Positions 48,915 through 61,829 of a DNA stretch of 64,000 nt are shown in pieces. Every line of letters starts with the position of its first letter. Within the stretch, counting starts at the first letter, position 1. The DNA comes from Camelus ferus. Lineage: Eukaryota. The translations under genes were made by a program, and so were the position numbers. The DNA is taken from contig NC_045696.1 in the NCBI RefSeq assembly GCF_009834535.1, forward strand, positions 92,132,001-92,196,000, given 5' to 3'. Below the pieces are notes generated by a model, which saw only the letters and a list, made by a program, of their open reading frames with translations, ran no database searches and was not told the DNA's origin.

Positions 48915-50629
48915 CTATGGAAAATCAGACAGAGAGCATTACACATACTTTTCAAAGTTACATTGTCTTTTTTTTTTTTCTTTTCCTGTCTAAAGTTTAG
49001 AAGTCGAATGCAATTACCTGTTGGATTAATATAATTGATAACATAATAGTCTAACAGAAAATATTGATAGTTTGGAGGCCAACAGTACTTTTGGGTAAAC
49101 TGACTTTCCATTTGCAGTTTGCAGCAACAAAACAAAATGATATTAAAAACAGAGTGACCACTTTAAGTTCTTCCTTCACATCTATCACTTTGTGGTTCCT
49201 GGCCTGATAAAAAAGCACATGAGTCAGAACCTGAGCTCCTTGCTCACTAGAGTGAGAAGTAAGAGAAAGCTTTTGGTTTGAGTTTACAGAGTGGAAGGTC
49301 ACTGGGGATAGAAGGCCTGCCTCTGTGTGTCGGAGAGCTGGGTCTCAGGCAGGGTGGCCGTGTAATAGGGATGACTCAACAACAATGTATTTAGCAGAAA
49401 GATAAATATATTTAATGCTGAACAAACAGCTGAAGCCACAGTGGCTCCCAGCCCACACCGGCACACCCTGTCCTTGACCACTTTGAACCAAACTTCATTC
49501 TAAGACACCCAGGTCATGCCTTTCACTGGGGCCTGCGCACGGCCCCGGCCAGTTTGCTCCTCAGCCTTTTCAGCCTGACATGGCGTTTCCTACACAGGAA
49601 GACGAATGCCTTCCCAGGGGAGCGGAGCTGAGCTAATCCTGTTGGCACCAGCCATGTGATGAGAACCAGGGAGCACGGAGAGCCCAAATTCAACTGAGTG
49701 AAAAGTCACAGACGCGGTCGGATTTCACCCACAAAGCAGGTCAAACGCCCGGGATGCCAGGTCCCTTGACATTGTCAAGGGGTTGCAGGACTGCAGGCTT
49801 CTCTTGCCCCACTAGTACCTGCCGGTGACATGTCCTTCAGAAGAATCAAATCCTTGTCTTAAACTCGTGTTGAGTCTACGTGTTCTTATTTTGTTTCTCA
49901 CCAGCAAACACTGTCTGAATTGGTCGGGGACAGGATTTGGAACGAGACAGCAAGGGTTAGGGTCTTAGCTTCCTTGCTTGTTTGGCTTACGTAAACGGTT
50001 TCAAATAGCCCTTAGTCTCTTTGTTTGGAAGATGGCGATGTTTTTACCACTGGAGTCTACCCATCAGGGGGAGAATTGGGCTTATAAGGAAAATATTTTT
50101 CTTTCTTGGGAAAGACTCAGGAATATCAGCTTATTACTCAGCAACTAAATCTGTGTAGGTAATTGTCTCTTTATGAAGCAAATGAGATATGAAAACTTCT
50201 TGGAAACATTTCTTCTTCTTTTCTTATTACACAAATGGAAATGGATGTCTGTGCTAACATCTCTGGAAGTTCAGACACCATTATTTAAATCGCTGCCCCA
50301 AAGTAGTCTCTCTCTTTGGACATCCCCAGTGTTGTACCAGTGCCCCTGACTTTCACATCTGGTTTCATTCAGATGTTCGTTCAATCAACAGGATTTAGGA
50401 AGTGCCTGCTGCACTGGGTGCTGGGGATATTGTGGGGAATCAAACATGTTCGTAAACAATGATGAGGTTACAGAAAATCAACTGAATCCAAGATGCTCCT
50501 GGTCTCTATTTGGTCATCAAGGTGAGCACAGAACACTGTGCGGTGGCTTGACCGCGTGGAAGTCACTGAGGCCTTGCTAAGAGCAGCTAAGGTGGAGCGG
50601 AGGTTGAGTCTCCCCCACTACCTTCATTC

Positions 50630-52460
50630 CCTTCTTTAACACACATGTATGAAGAGCCTAATATTTGCCAGGCCCGGGGTTCATCTGTGAGTAAAACTGA
50701 TACAAAGTTCCTGGACTTGGAGAGCTTTGAGCTGAGTGGGGAAGATGGAAGAAACAGGTCTGTAATTACAAAATGTGACATGCTCTGGAGAAAATAAGTA
50801 GGGTCTGGGATGGGGACTGAGAGGGAAGATCTATTTTGTTGGTCAAGGAAGGAGTCCCTGAGGAGCACTCTTTAGGCATAAAAAGTACAAAGGAGCCAGT
50901 CAGGTGAAGAACAGGGGGAGAGGATTCTAGGCAGCTGGAACAGCATGTGCAAAGGCCCTGAAGCAGGACAGAACTTCGTCAGCTCCTGCAATCAGAAGGA
51001 AGCCATTGTGGTGGGTGCCTAGTAAGGACAGAGGATGGGGCTGCAAGATGAAGTTGGCGGAGGGCAAACTGTGTTATTTATATGTTATTCAGAGTTTGAT
51101 GAAAAGTCACTAACCTTTTTAGGTCAGGAAATGACGATGCAGGTGACATTTCAGAACACGTTCTCTGACCGTATGGTGGAGTATCAAGAGTGAGGGGAGA
51201 GCTGGAGAAAGCAAGAAGGTCTTTAGGAGGGGACTGCAGTATTCTAGGCAGGAGATAAGGTGGCTTGGAATGGGGTGGTGGCAGTAAAGACAGAGAGACA
51301 TGGATGGATCAAAATCTATTTTGGGGTAGATCCCATAAGATTTGCAGATGAACTGGATGTGGCAAGTGAGGAAAGAGAGGAATCAAAGGCGATCCCCCAG
51401 ATTACAGGCCGTTCACAGAGATGAGGGAGACTGAGGGACGAATAGGTTTGGGAGGAAGAGCCAGGGTCTTTGGATAAGCAAAAAGGGGAGATGCTTGTGA
51501 GATACTGAGGGGGCATGTCGAGCAGAGGTAATTGGATAATGACACAGTGAGCAACCTGGGCTGGAGGCCATCTATTTTTTAATTATCCACCTATTAATTG
51601 TATCTGATAAGAATGGATGAGACTACATAAGGGAAGTCTGCCCAGAGAAAAGAGAAGCGATCCTAAGAGCCAGCACAGGGGCAGAGAGAGGACACTGCAG
51701 GGCTCTGGGTCATTGGCAGCCAGAGGGGCAGGAAGGAAGCCAGAGGGGGCACGTTTCAGTATCAAAAATGGAAGAGTGCTTGGAGAAGGTGCTGTGCCCA
51801 GAGACTGGAATGCCCTGAGCATTCGAGTCAGAAGGGCAGAAGACAGTGTCCACTGGATTTGGCCATGTGACAGGGAGGTGAAAAGAGCAGTGTCAGTGTC
51901 TGTGGTGTGATGGGACCATGGCCAGGCTGGAGCAGATGGAAGAATGGATGTGGGGAAGGGAAGGCGGTAAAGACACCTGGGTGGACTCCAGCTGGGAAAT
52001 GACTGAAGCAGAGAAAGAGGGAGCCAGTTGAAGGGGTGTTTAGGGTCCAAGGAGAGTTTTATTTTAAAGCTGAGAAAGGTAAGAGTAAGCCTGTGTACCA
52101 TTGGGGGTGATCTAGATCGGGGAGTTACTGAGGATGTGGGCTAGAGGGGTGGGGGAGAGACTTGACAGAGAGTGATGGAGCAGGACAGGGCTCCTGGGGG
52201 TGGGAAGGACACTTCCAGCAAGATGGTGGGACTGGGAGCATGAGAAGACAGGGGAGCTCCTGTCCGATGAATTCTATTCTCAATAAACTATCAATCAAGT
52301 GAAAAAGAGGTGGGAAGTGAGGAAAGAGTGAGAAGGAGCAGTTCTGAGCCTGGGAGAGCCTATGCAAGATGCCCCAATGCCCCAGGCACTTTAGTTGATG
52401 GTAATTTTTTGCTCCCTGATTTGCCTGGCCCCTGACTGCACAGGGAAGGGCTGGTGGAAT
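50630..52460 (-). mobile_element. Long L2 (about 1.8 kb), antisense
   Basis: Antisense L2 phrases (gcagctggaacagcatgtgcaaaggccctgaagcagg; gggaggccattg-like; ggtggcttggaatggggtggtggcagt; gatttgcagatgaactggatgtgg). Confidence 0.75.
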
Positions 52461-52709
52461 GAGAAAGGACTCCAGGAGTTCTTATGGGGAGGAGGCTGCA
52501 GCACAGAAAGCAGGGAGGAACTTCAGGAGAGCGGAGGGGCTGCAGCTGGAGACGCATGTCACCACAAAATACAACTAATTAATGCACATTAAATTTGTTA
52601 CATATTTTTTAAACATCAGAGAAAAATCCCCCAAGTTGTTTCGCTATCTAACAGGAAATCATTGTACTGATGGCTATGGAGGGTTTTAATATGGTTCTAC
52701 TATTCAGGG

Positions 52710-52723
52710 ACACTAGAGGGCAG
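52710..52723 (+). promoter_or_regulatory. CTCF-like motif
   Basis: ACACTAGAGGGCAG matches CCASYAGRKGGCRS at 13/14. Confidence 0.5.
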
Positions 52724-52942
52724 CATTGTTAAGAAAAATAATCAACTGAATCAAATGCTTGTATATCATGGAAATGCATTTTGAAAGCATCCTAGACAGG
52801 ACATCAGTTCTGAGTTGGGAAAAGAATTTTAGGAAGATCACTGAGTGCAGTGCATTCACCTGCTTATGGGAAAGGACACGTAGACAAACTGATTAAATCT
52901 GGCAACTCAGGAGTAAAGCTGCTTTTCCTGGGAGCCTTAGCA

Positions 52943-53297
52943 CTAGGGATTCTCAACACTGACTACACATTAAAACATCTGGGGAGCTTTGAAAATACAT
53001 TATCCAGGCTCCATGGATGTTCTACTACATCAGAATCCCTGGGGGGTGAGGCCGGGCATCAGTACTTTAAAAACCCATCCCAGATGATTCCAGTGTGCAG
53101 CCATGCTTTAGACCACTGGCTTGTCTATGCCACTGGTCCCAAAGTGTGGCTCCTGGGGACCTGTCAGAAATGCAAATCCTAGGGCCTTTACCCCAGATCT
53201 AACGAGTTACAAATTCTGGGCATGGGTGGGCCCGGCAGTCCGTGTTTTAAGCAGCTCTCTGAGCAATTCTGGTGCAGACTACAATGTGAGAGCACTG
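52943..53297. mobile_element. Two adjacent MER5-family MITEs
   Basis: tctcaacactgactacacattaaaacatctggggagcttt...tttagaccactg (to about 53118), then cccaaagtgtggctc...gtcagaaatgcaaat...tgtgagagcactg. Confidence 0.7.
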
Positions 53298-55244
53298 CTT
53301 TCTATCATCCCCAGGTAAGCCATTTCAGTGAGTATCCACGTCCTCCTAATCCGAGGACTTCATGCTAAAATTAAACCTGTCATTACTTGCTCTGGTACAT
53401 ATGCAGATAGTCACCATGACATGCATGCACCCGCACATGCGCACATACACACTTTAGTATGAATCAGCCACCTGAAGGATCTGAAGAAAATGCAGAGGTC
53501 CAGGTCCTAGCCTGCTTCAGTGAGCCTGGGCCTTGGTATTACTTTCATTAGCTCTCAGATTCCAGTGTTTGAGAAACACTGTCTAAACTATAGGAAGCCT
53601 TGGTGAAATCTTTCCTGTGCACTCCTTTCCAGGTTGAAAGCATCATTATTTAACCCACAGGTAGCTCTCTCTCTCATTCCCCTGACCCTTGGCACACAGC
53701 TGGCCTCTGTAAAAGCTGCAAGTCAGCTTTGCTGCTCTGAGTGTCCCAGCCCCCCGTCTGTAAAATGAGGATGACACGGAGCCTGTGGAATTCTTTCAAA
53801 GCTTGACATGAGATGATGTGTGTAGACCAATTTCTGGATCTAAAAGAGTAACACAAACCAAGGAACAAGTAAGCAGGATGTGGCCCTGCTTGTTTCTTCT
53901 CAAATAGGCTCGGATTCTAACACTGTAGTTATCCCCACCCCACCCCCAAAAAAAGTTGACCTTCTTTCAGTGATGTAGGGTATCTATGTTTAAAACTACG
54001 CATTTTAGGTAAAAAGCTTTATGAAACTATTTATTCTGTGTGAAAACATTGTTGATAACCATGTTTATGTTTTTAATTGGCTCCCTCATGCAAAAAGTCG
54101 TTGCTCACGTTAAATCTTTTTCATGTGAAATGTTCTCTATAACTTTGAAAGTTGTAAGCAAGTAGTTACACTGCCTGAACAATAAACCATAAGGACTAAA
54201 GATACAAATATGCAGAACTTTGTGTTTTGATCAAATAAGATGTACTTAAATTAATCTGGCCATAGAGACACAAAATAATAAAAACAAAAGAAAGCTTAGA
54301 GATAATCCCGTGCAGTTTCCTCTTAATCTAGGTGAGGGAACAGTCTAGGAGTTCATTGTTTTACGGCATAATTTAAAGCCTGAATATTATTAACAATGAT
54401 AAATATTTCAGATATGCTTACAAAATGAGGAGAGTGAATACACAGAATAATTGTACTATATAGTGGAACTATGTGGAATTTTGTTCTGTATTTTCCAAGA
54501 GTCCTATAAATGTGGGATGTCATACTTTAATAATGTAACAAAGAAAAAAGAAAGATTCCTTAACAAAGCAGCACTTTAAAATGCGAATATGTTATGGGTT
54601 AATTCACAAATACTGGGTTTAACCAAACGCAATTTCCATTTCTGGAGGCCAAAAATGGTTGATCTTTCTCAAGGAGGGAGGACCATGGTGGGGGCTGGGG
54701 CATCCGTAGAATGCAGGGACTTGGTTTCATCAGAGGAATTGTAAACACTAATGAAAAACAAGCGTAGGTTCAGGCACAGTTTGCCCTCTAAACCAGCTGT
54801 GTGGTTGCTATTTACCTAACTTCAGTTGTTTATTTACTTATTTAACTTCAGAAACTTGGGGCGTTGGTTTATAATCGTGCCTCTTTGTGGCTTAAGGGCT
54901 TCCCCTCGGGTCTTTATCAGTCCTCTCTCATCTTGGCTGTGGAGAATCCTCTCTCAGTGCTCAGCTGAGCTTCTGGAGATGGAGGACTATGTGTTTTCAC
55001 TGGAATGGAAACCCATACCCATAAACAGGTAACCGCCACGTTTAGCCTTAAAGTGTTGCCGGCTGTCTGCGGAGAGCCCGGCTCCATTTGCCTCACAGAA
55101 CACACAGGAGACAAACTGGTGTTTGTTCCATCACTGTCACTCGCTTGGACATGTCCTTCAACCTTGCTGATCTCAGTTTCTTCAACACAAACAGATTGAT
55201 ATTAATTGAGCACATAGGTCATCTTTAGAATGACAGTTTAGGTG

Positions 55245-55345
55245 GGTAATATTTTAATCCTTATTTTGCTGATGAGGGATCTGAGGCTCAGAAAGGTAGT
55301 CACTTGGGCAGGCTCTCAGCAGGTCATCTGTAAGGCCACTTCTAG
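55245..55345 (-). mobile_element. MIR core
   Basis: atccttattttgctgatgagggatctgaggctcagaaagg...cacttgggcagg. Confidence 0.6.
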
Positions 55346-57397
55346 CTTTGAAGTTGTCTGATGCACCATCCTGGAAGGTTTTGTTCACACTACATTGTGG
55401 GAGAAGGTGGGTTGGGGAAAGAAAAATAACAGGACGTTCACTTAATTGACCACATGGTGTATTTGTGAATGTGTGATGCCTTGCGGTTGTTCTGTTCACC
55501 CCTTTGCATTTCATATGCCAATGACTAGAGCTCGTGATGTGTATGCATGACTTTGGAAATGTGAGCAATCTTTTTGCTTCCTTGAAGAAAGATCTTGAAT
55601 CTGATGACTCTCTGAAAAAAGAACCAAACATGTCTGCATGTGACCTGTTGAAGCTTAGAGACAGAGTGGTCTTCACAAGACAGTTTACTAGGAATAAGCT
55701 CTCTGGATCTGGGCAATGGCCAAAATGATTCTGGATCAGAACACACCAGACTCAAGACACTAGAAAGGGATACAGAAACCAAGCCGAGTAAGTAAAACCT
55801 CTCCTATCTGGAGAAATGAAACTTTGCCCCAAACTCTCCCCAGGATGGAGCTGTATGTCTCCAAGGACAGTGCACTGTCTTCACCCTGCACACAGAAAAC
55901 CCCACATGCATAGGGTCCTCAACCTCTCTGCTCTGACACACTGGTTTCCCTGATCACAACAGTTCGAACTGAGCCTTTGAAACTGCCCAGATGTGAGTCT
56001 GAACCTTGTTCTGAAACATGCAAAAGGTTATTGAAATGAGATACTTTTAGCCTCACTTTTGCCTAAAGACCAAAGGCACTGAACAAAAAAAGTCATTAGT
56101 AAGTACCCCTAAATTTCAAAGTGAGATACTAGACCACCTGTGTAGGACTGGTAAAAACAGATTTGGTCATCTTTAGCTCAGCCCCTACCTTGAAATAAAA
56201 AAGTGGGTGCAGGTGGGGGTTGAGAGACAATTTGGACTTGTCTGAGTCCTGTGGCATTTTCCAACCTTCCCCTGTGATCCCTCCCTCCCCTTCCATCTTT
56301 CACCTTGTCCTAAACTGAATAAAACTCCAGAACCTAAGAATCCCATTTGCAGAACTTGCAAATCAGAACAGCGCCCTGCAGTAAGGATCTGAACTGGCTG
56401 TGGTTTTCTTTTTCCTAGTGGTCAGACACAGGCTGTCCTGGAGATTCCGCTCCTTCCCAGCTCAGTTCTCCCCTATAGAGGAGGCAGCTACAGGACACTG
56501 TATACTTTTAATATTATTTCTTCCTTCACCAGACATGTGCTCTTTAATCCTAGTAAGAGAGTGAATGTTCCTTTTACATTTAGATAAGAATGGCCAAGTG
56601 ACTTGCTAAGGGCAATGACATTGCTTTCTTATCTTTCAGTACTTCTTTATCCTCATTATTTCTCTGTAATCCTCTTATCACTACATCCAGTCTTCCAGCT
56701 TCACACCTAGACTTGCTACTTCCTGCTGACACGTCAAGAAGTCATGCAGAATGTGGGTCAGAAAATTGCACCTCTTCCTTCAACATAATCTAAATATGGT
56801 GCACAGTATTTCCTACTCAAACCTGGTGATTCCAAACTATCAGTTTGTAATTCTTCTGTTTGGTTGACAGTAAATGGTGGAAAATAAAGAGATGGTTTCT
56901 GTCCTGATGAAAGGGAGGCAGCATTCTTGAGGAACAGAGAGTACAGTGCTCTACAGTCAAATTCTGTGGGAGTTGTGAACAGTGGAATGAATTCCAATTC
57001 ATTTAAAAACATTCAAAATGAGAGTAAGCAAACCCATTGCCTTAAATTTTGTCTGGAGCAAGGCAACAAAAGAACAAACCAACAAATCTAAGTGAACTGA
57101 AACTCCAGGGCTGTGATAACTTCCTAGGTACCTGACACATCTTTATCCGTGAAGCTAAAAGTTGTATCATCAGTGAATTGTTTCGTTTGCCATCCTGGGG
57201 TTTCCTTTGGCAATGGTACTGGTCAGTCTTTGAAAAAGAATTTTTAATAGTTTGAACATGGGTATTCTCCTGATGTGGGATATCTCTCTGACATAAATTT
57301 AAAAAAACTGAAATTTGGAGAAAGATTCTCTTTCTTCTAAAATTTTTGAATTTTTCTCTTGTCAATTAAGCCTCATAAATTTTATCATAGAATATGG

Positions 57398-57783
57398 CTA
57401 TCTTAGTTTATTTGGGCTGCTATAACAAATATACCATAGACATAACAACAATACAAAAAACACCATAGGTGNNNNNNNNNNNNNNNNNNNNNNNNNNNNN
57501 NNNNNNNNNNNNNNNNNNNNNNNNNNNNNNNNNNNNNNNNNNNNNNNNNNNNNNNNNNNNNNNNNNNNNNNNNNNNNNNNNNNNNNNNNNNNNNNNNNNN
57601 NNCATACGGTAGAAGGGGTGAGGGAGCTCTCTGGGGTCTCTTACAAGGGTGCTAATCTGTTTCATGAGGGCTCCACCCCCAGGAGCTAGTGACTTACCAA
57701 GGCCTCACCTCTTAACAGCATCACACTGGGGGTTAGGTTTCAACATACAGATTTTGCAGGGGACACAAACATTCAGTTCACCA
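57398..57783. mobile_element. MLT1A-like MaLR LTR spanning a gap
   Basis: tcttagtttatttgggctgctataacaaatataccataga...[N]...catgagggctccaccccc...ggttaggtttcaacata...ggggacacaaacattcag. Confidence 0.75.
57472..57602. other. Assembly gap (131 N)
   Basis: Run of n. Confidence 1.
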
Positions 57784-58082
57784 CTGCTACAGATGGCATG
57801 CCTATGAACATCTGAGTTGCAATAACCTGATTTTTTTTTCCAATGTATGTACCAGGATGATCTACAAAACGTATGCAGAAATAAATAAGGAAATTAATCT
57901 GCTGTATAGATTTATTTGATAGAACTAATTTATTCTAATTTTAGAATAGCTAAGTGAAACCATTCTTATATATGAGGAACAACTGTGGTAGAAGGTAATT
58001 CTGGTACAGACAATAACACTGATCAGCAATACGTAGAAAGATATGATACAGGTTATAGATACTGCTCATTCAGCTATAATGT

Positions 58083-58309
58083 TGCAGATGCAGTACTATA
58101 TATAAAATAGATAAACAACAAGTTCATATTGTATAGCACAGGGAACTATTCAATATCTGGTAGTAACTTATGGTGAAAAAGAATATGAAAATGAACATAT
58201 GTGTATTCATGCATGACTGAAGCATTATGCTGTACACCAGAAATTGACACAACATTGTAAACTGATTATACGTCAGTAAAAAAAAATATATATATATATA
58301 CAAAAAAAA
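58083..58309 (+). mobile_element. Artiodactyl-type L1 3' end
   Basis: actatatataaaatagataaacaacaag...gtatagcacagggaactattcaatatct...gctgtacaccagaaattgacacaacattgtaaactga plus A/TA tail. Confidence 0.85.
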
Positions 58310-58410
58310 TCTGAAGATTTGAGAATTACTAGCTTTTTGTTTCATGATCCTCTTGAGCTGTGGGTTGTAATCTTTCTCACTGAGAAACAAGGATGTTTCA
58401 AACTTCTTGG

Positions 58411-58927
58411 TGTATCAATTAGGTTTGGGTTTTTTTTTTTTTTTAATGGAGTAAGTTACTGAAAACTCAGTTGAAAGTCCTTAAATTGTAAAAGAGACTT
58501 TATTGACTCTTGTCACTGGAAGTGCAAGCTTCAGAATTGGTTGTTCTGACAACTGAGTTGAGGATCAACTTTTTTCTAACCCTCTGCCTGCTATCCCCAG
58601 GCTGGGTTCCCTTGTGGCGTTAAGGGGACTCTCAGTGGCACTTACGGCCACGTGCTCCCTTGTCCATACGCAGCAGGGCCCTTTTGTCTCAGTTTTCCAA
58701 GACTCCTGAGACTGAATCTGATTAGGCTGTTTCAGTAACATGAACCAGTGACTCTAGCTAAGGGAAAAAATGGACTGATTGGTTTAATGCAACCCAGAAC
58801 CCACCTTTGGAACTGAAGTGGAGCAAAAGGCCTTCTTCTGGGGCAATGGCAGTCTGGTGGAAGGGTCAGCACCCATACAAAAATTTGAGTACCTGAGAAG
58901 GGATGTCTGCTGGGCAGACAACCAACA
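58411..58927 (-). mobile_element. MLT1J/K-like MaLR LTR
   Basis: tgtatcaattagg...aaagagactttattgactcttgtcactggaa...gaatctgattaggc...tgctgggcagacaaccaaca. Confidence 0.6.
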
Positions 58928-58994
58928 ATTTTCACTGTGCTCAGACAGGGTCTTGCTGGGCACAACAACAGAGGGCCCAGGAAGAGGGCTAACT

Positions 58995-59135
58995 CTATTG
59001 AGTGCTACTATGTGCTGGGCATTTTACCAACATTATTGCATTTGAGTCTTACTACAGCCCTGTGAGATGGTATTACTACATTTCCACTTCATATTTGAAG
59101 AAGTTGAGGCTCAAAGAGATTAACAACTTGATGAA
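58995..59135 (-). mobile_element. MIR fragment
   Basis: tattgagtgctactatgtgctgggc...acagccctgtgagatggtattactacatttccacttc...gaggctcaaagagatt. Confidence 0.7.
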
Positions 59136-60197
59136 GCCATGTTTGTACCTTTTCTTTAAAACCAGCCCCACCCATCAATCCCCATGCTCAAACAAAATGA
59201 AGCAGAATATCTTTTTCCTTTTCCCTTCATCCACATTTGTATATTTCATGTCCTCTCTTTTGATTCTGCTATTTGAAGCAAGCATGTAGAGGTAAAATAT
59301 CTCTGTCAACTGAGGAAATATATTAGGCAAAACACTCTCTTAAGAATAGTTTTCTAAATGTTCACTGAGATACTAAAAAATAAATTTAACCAAACTCCAC
59401 TCATTCTACCTAATATTTCTGTATGTTATTGGTGGTGATTTCTATACAGGGGAGCATCTGTCATTGCATTGTAGATTATGTGATTCGAGCCTTGAATTTC
59501 TGATCTTTTACATCGTGTGAATGTCATCCTCACTGGCCAGCCAGATGCAGAATCTTGACATGTAGCTTCTTATTCTGTTATCCTAACTGGAGCATTTTAT
59601 ATATACAACTGTGTATCAGCTGCTGGGGACGGGCATTTAACTTTAAAAGGAATTCTATCTTCTGGATGGAAGAATAAAGCAAGCCACTTGGCAGGAGAAT
59701 GATAAGAGTAAAAAAATATTTATCCTAATGAGATTTTCTACTGTTAAATCCAGTTTCATGCTGTAACAGGAGGCACTCTTTATTGCTTCTTTAAAAGTGT
59801 AGAGCTGGCTATACTTCCTGGTCCTACCACGGGAGACGTCTGGAAGGAGATGCTGCCTTAATCTTAATGATATTAAAAACTCCACCGCTACAGCAGATGC
59901 AACTCACTGGCAGCCCCAAATCCACGCTGGCTCTGCAGTGCATATCTGTACTTGTCAGCTATCTGGTAATTAACCAAAAGGCAACTTTTAATCTTGACGT
60001 GGTGGAGTGGAATGATTTTCCCAGCTTTTCGACAGTGAACTACCTGGTAAAGAGAAGAGCTATTCATGCTGTTAATGTTTTTAAATGAGGCACCTGCTGC
60101 TCTTGATGTTAAAACGTAAGGCAGGCCCAGTGGTGGCTCAGCAACATTCACTACGAGGACCACTGCAAGGAGCTGGCCTGTCCTGGGGGAGGCCCAC

Positions 60198-60234
60198 CTT
60201 CTTCTTCTTCTTCTTCTTTTTTTTTTTTTTTTTT
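60198..60234 (+). repeat. (CTT)7 T16 polypyrimidine microsatellite
   Basis: Read directly from the sequence. Confidence 0.95.
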
Positions 60235-60784
60235 GGTATCTATTTCATTGTTCCACGTGTGTCTAGAACCCTTCATCTTTCTTTGGGCCTTTCTTTCCCA
60301 CTTCTGAGCTGCTCCTCCATCCCCCATCCAAAGATGGCTGTTTTCCCTTATTTGCTCCATTAGAATTTTCTGCTGAGGAAAGAGGAAGTTTTATCAAGGT
60401 GGGTCATGGTAAGATGGTGCTTCTCAAACATTTCTATCCTATGACCCACTAAAGTGACCACAAAAGCAAACGTTATTAGATGGCTTTGGCTCTGGCTTAG
60501 AAATGTATGCAAATCTCTTATCTACACCATAATAAAGCATTTGCTGTAGAACAATAATAATTTTCTTTCAGATCTTCTAGTAAAACTGCCATGGAAGGAA
60601 AAGGCCTCGTGTTCACTCGGTGGCTTGTCACACTCCCCTCACTTTCCCATAGCCACCTTGTCCACACACAGCTCCCTTCCGGTGCTTCAGGGGAAACGCA
60701 TGCCTGGTTGTGAGGCAAAGAGCAGCAAGAAGGGGTCAGTGCCTGAAAAGGTGGAATAAATTCTCCCTCTTGGGGACTGGTCGG

Positions 60785-60940
60785 TTTTTTTTGTTTGTTT
60801 TTAATATGTATATATATTTTTCAGATTCTTTTCTATCACAGCTCATTACAAGAAACTGAACACAGTTCCCTGTGCTATACCATGGCTCTTTATTGTTTAT
60901 CTATTTTATATATAGTAGTGTGTGTCTATTAATCCCAAAC
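60785..60940 (-). mobile_element. Artiodactyl-type L1 3' end
   Basis: Antisense of the same terminus (acagttccctgtgctatac...tattgtttatctattttatatatagtagtg). Flanking repeat gactggtc on both sides. Confidence 0.8.
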
Positions 60941-61094
60941 TAGACTGGTCTTTAATTAGACACAGAACCCTAGTGTGACCTAATCCTTTTTGCCCTGAAC
61001 TTTTGTGTATTTCCATGCCACGCTTTATGAGGCTCCCTCACATAAATACTAGAGTCTTCTGGAGTATTAATGACAACAGTTTACACTAATTTTG

Positions 61095-61345
61095 CATGTA
61101 TCATGCACTTGGCCTTGTTCTAAACACTTTATATATAGCAACTCATTTAATTCTCACAACAATCTTATAGCACAGGTCTGCTGTTGTTAGTGTTACAATC
61201 TTGTTTTGCACACGAGGAAACTGAGGCACAAGGAAGGTGAGTGAGTTACTCAAGGCTACCCAGCTAGTAGGAGTCCAGCTGGGATTTGAAAGCAAGCAAT
61301 CTGGCTTGTGTCTGCTTTTCACCACAGAGAGCACTGTAGCAAGTT
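61095..61345 (-). mobile_element. MIR, near full length
   Basis: actcatttaattctcacaacaatctt...gaggaaactgaggcacaagg...cagctagtaggagtccagctgggatttgaaagcaagc. Confidence 0.75.
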
Positions 61346-61829
61346 AGAAATTGAAAGACTTGTATACAGCAAGGTGGACCCGGAAGCCCTGATGGAGCAA
61401 GATAGTTACATTAAAGGAATGAAATGGCACCTGCAGAACTCCTTCAGGCACCATAGGAACCGTTTTCTGTTTCCTGAGGGTGTGCACTGTGTATAGGTGG
61501 CCGTCTGGTTGTGTGACCACCTACTGCTTCTCTGTGACTTGGCAACACTGTGGACAGTCTCTCTTTCCTGCTTGGCCTTCACTGCCTTGCAACTTTTACA
61601 CGTGAACCTTCTTCAATATAGGGAGTTGAAGGACAGAAAGACAATTGAGTGAACTGCTGTCTACAACACAGGGCAAGAAAAGGTAAGTGCTAACCAGAGG
61701 AACAGGCATCGGATTGTACTGGTGAAAGAGGGGTCTGCTAATCTCAGCATGACTTCCCAGGCTTTTCTAACAAAGTGTTTTCTAACAAAGCCATGCTTTT
61801 CAAAAATATTGATTATGCTTCCCAATCAA

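Noticed and set aside
51583-52101. 172-aa - strand ORF
   Set aside because: Low-complexity Pro/Ser/Leu translation of decayed L2.
55254-55728. 140-aa and 64-aa ORFs in the large KCNAB1 intron
   Set aside because: Partly MIR-derived, no similarity to the missing KCNAB1 exons or any family I recognise.
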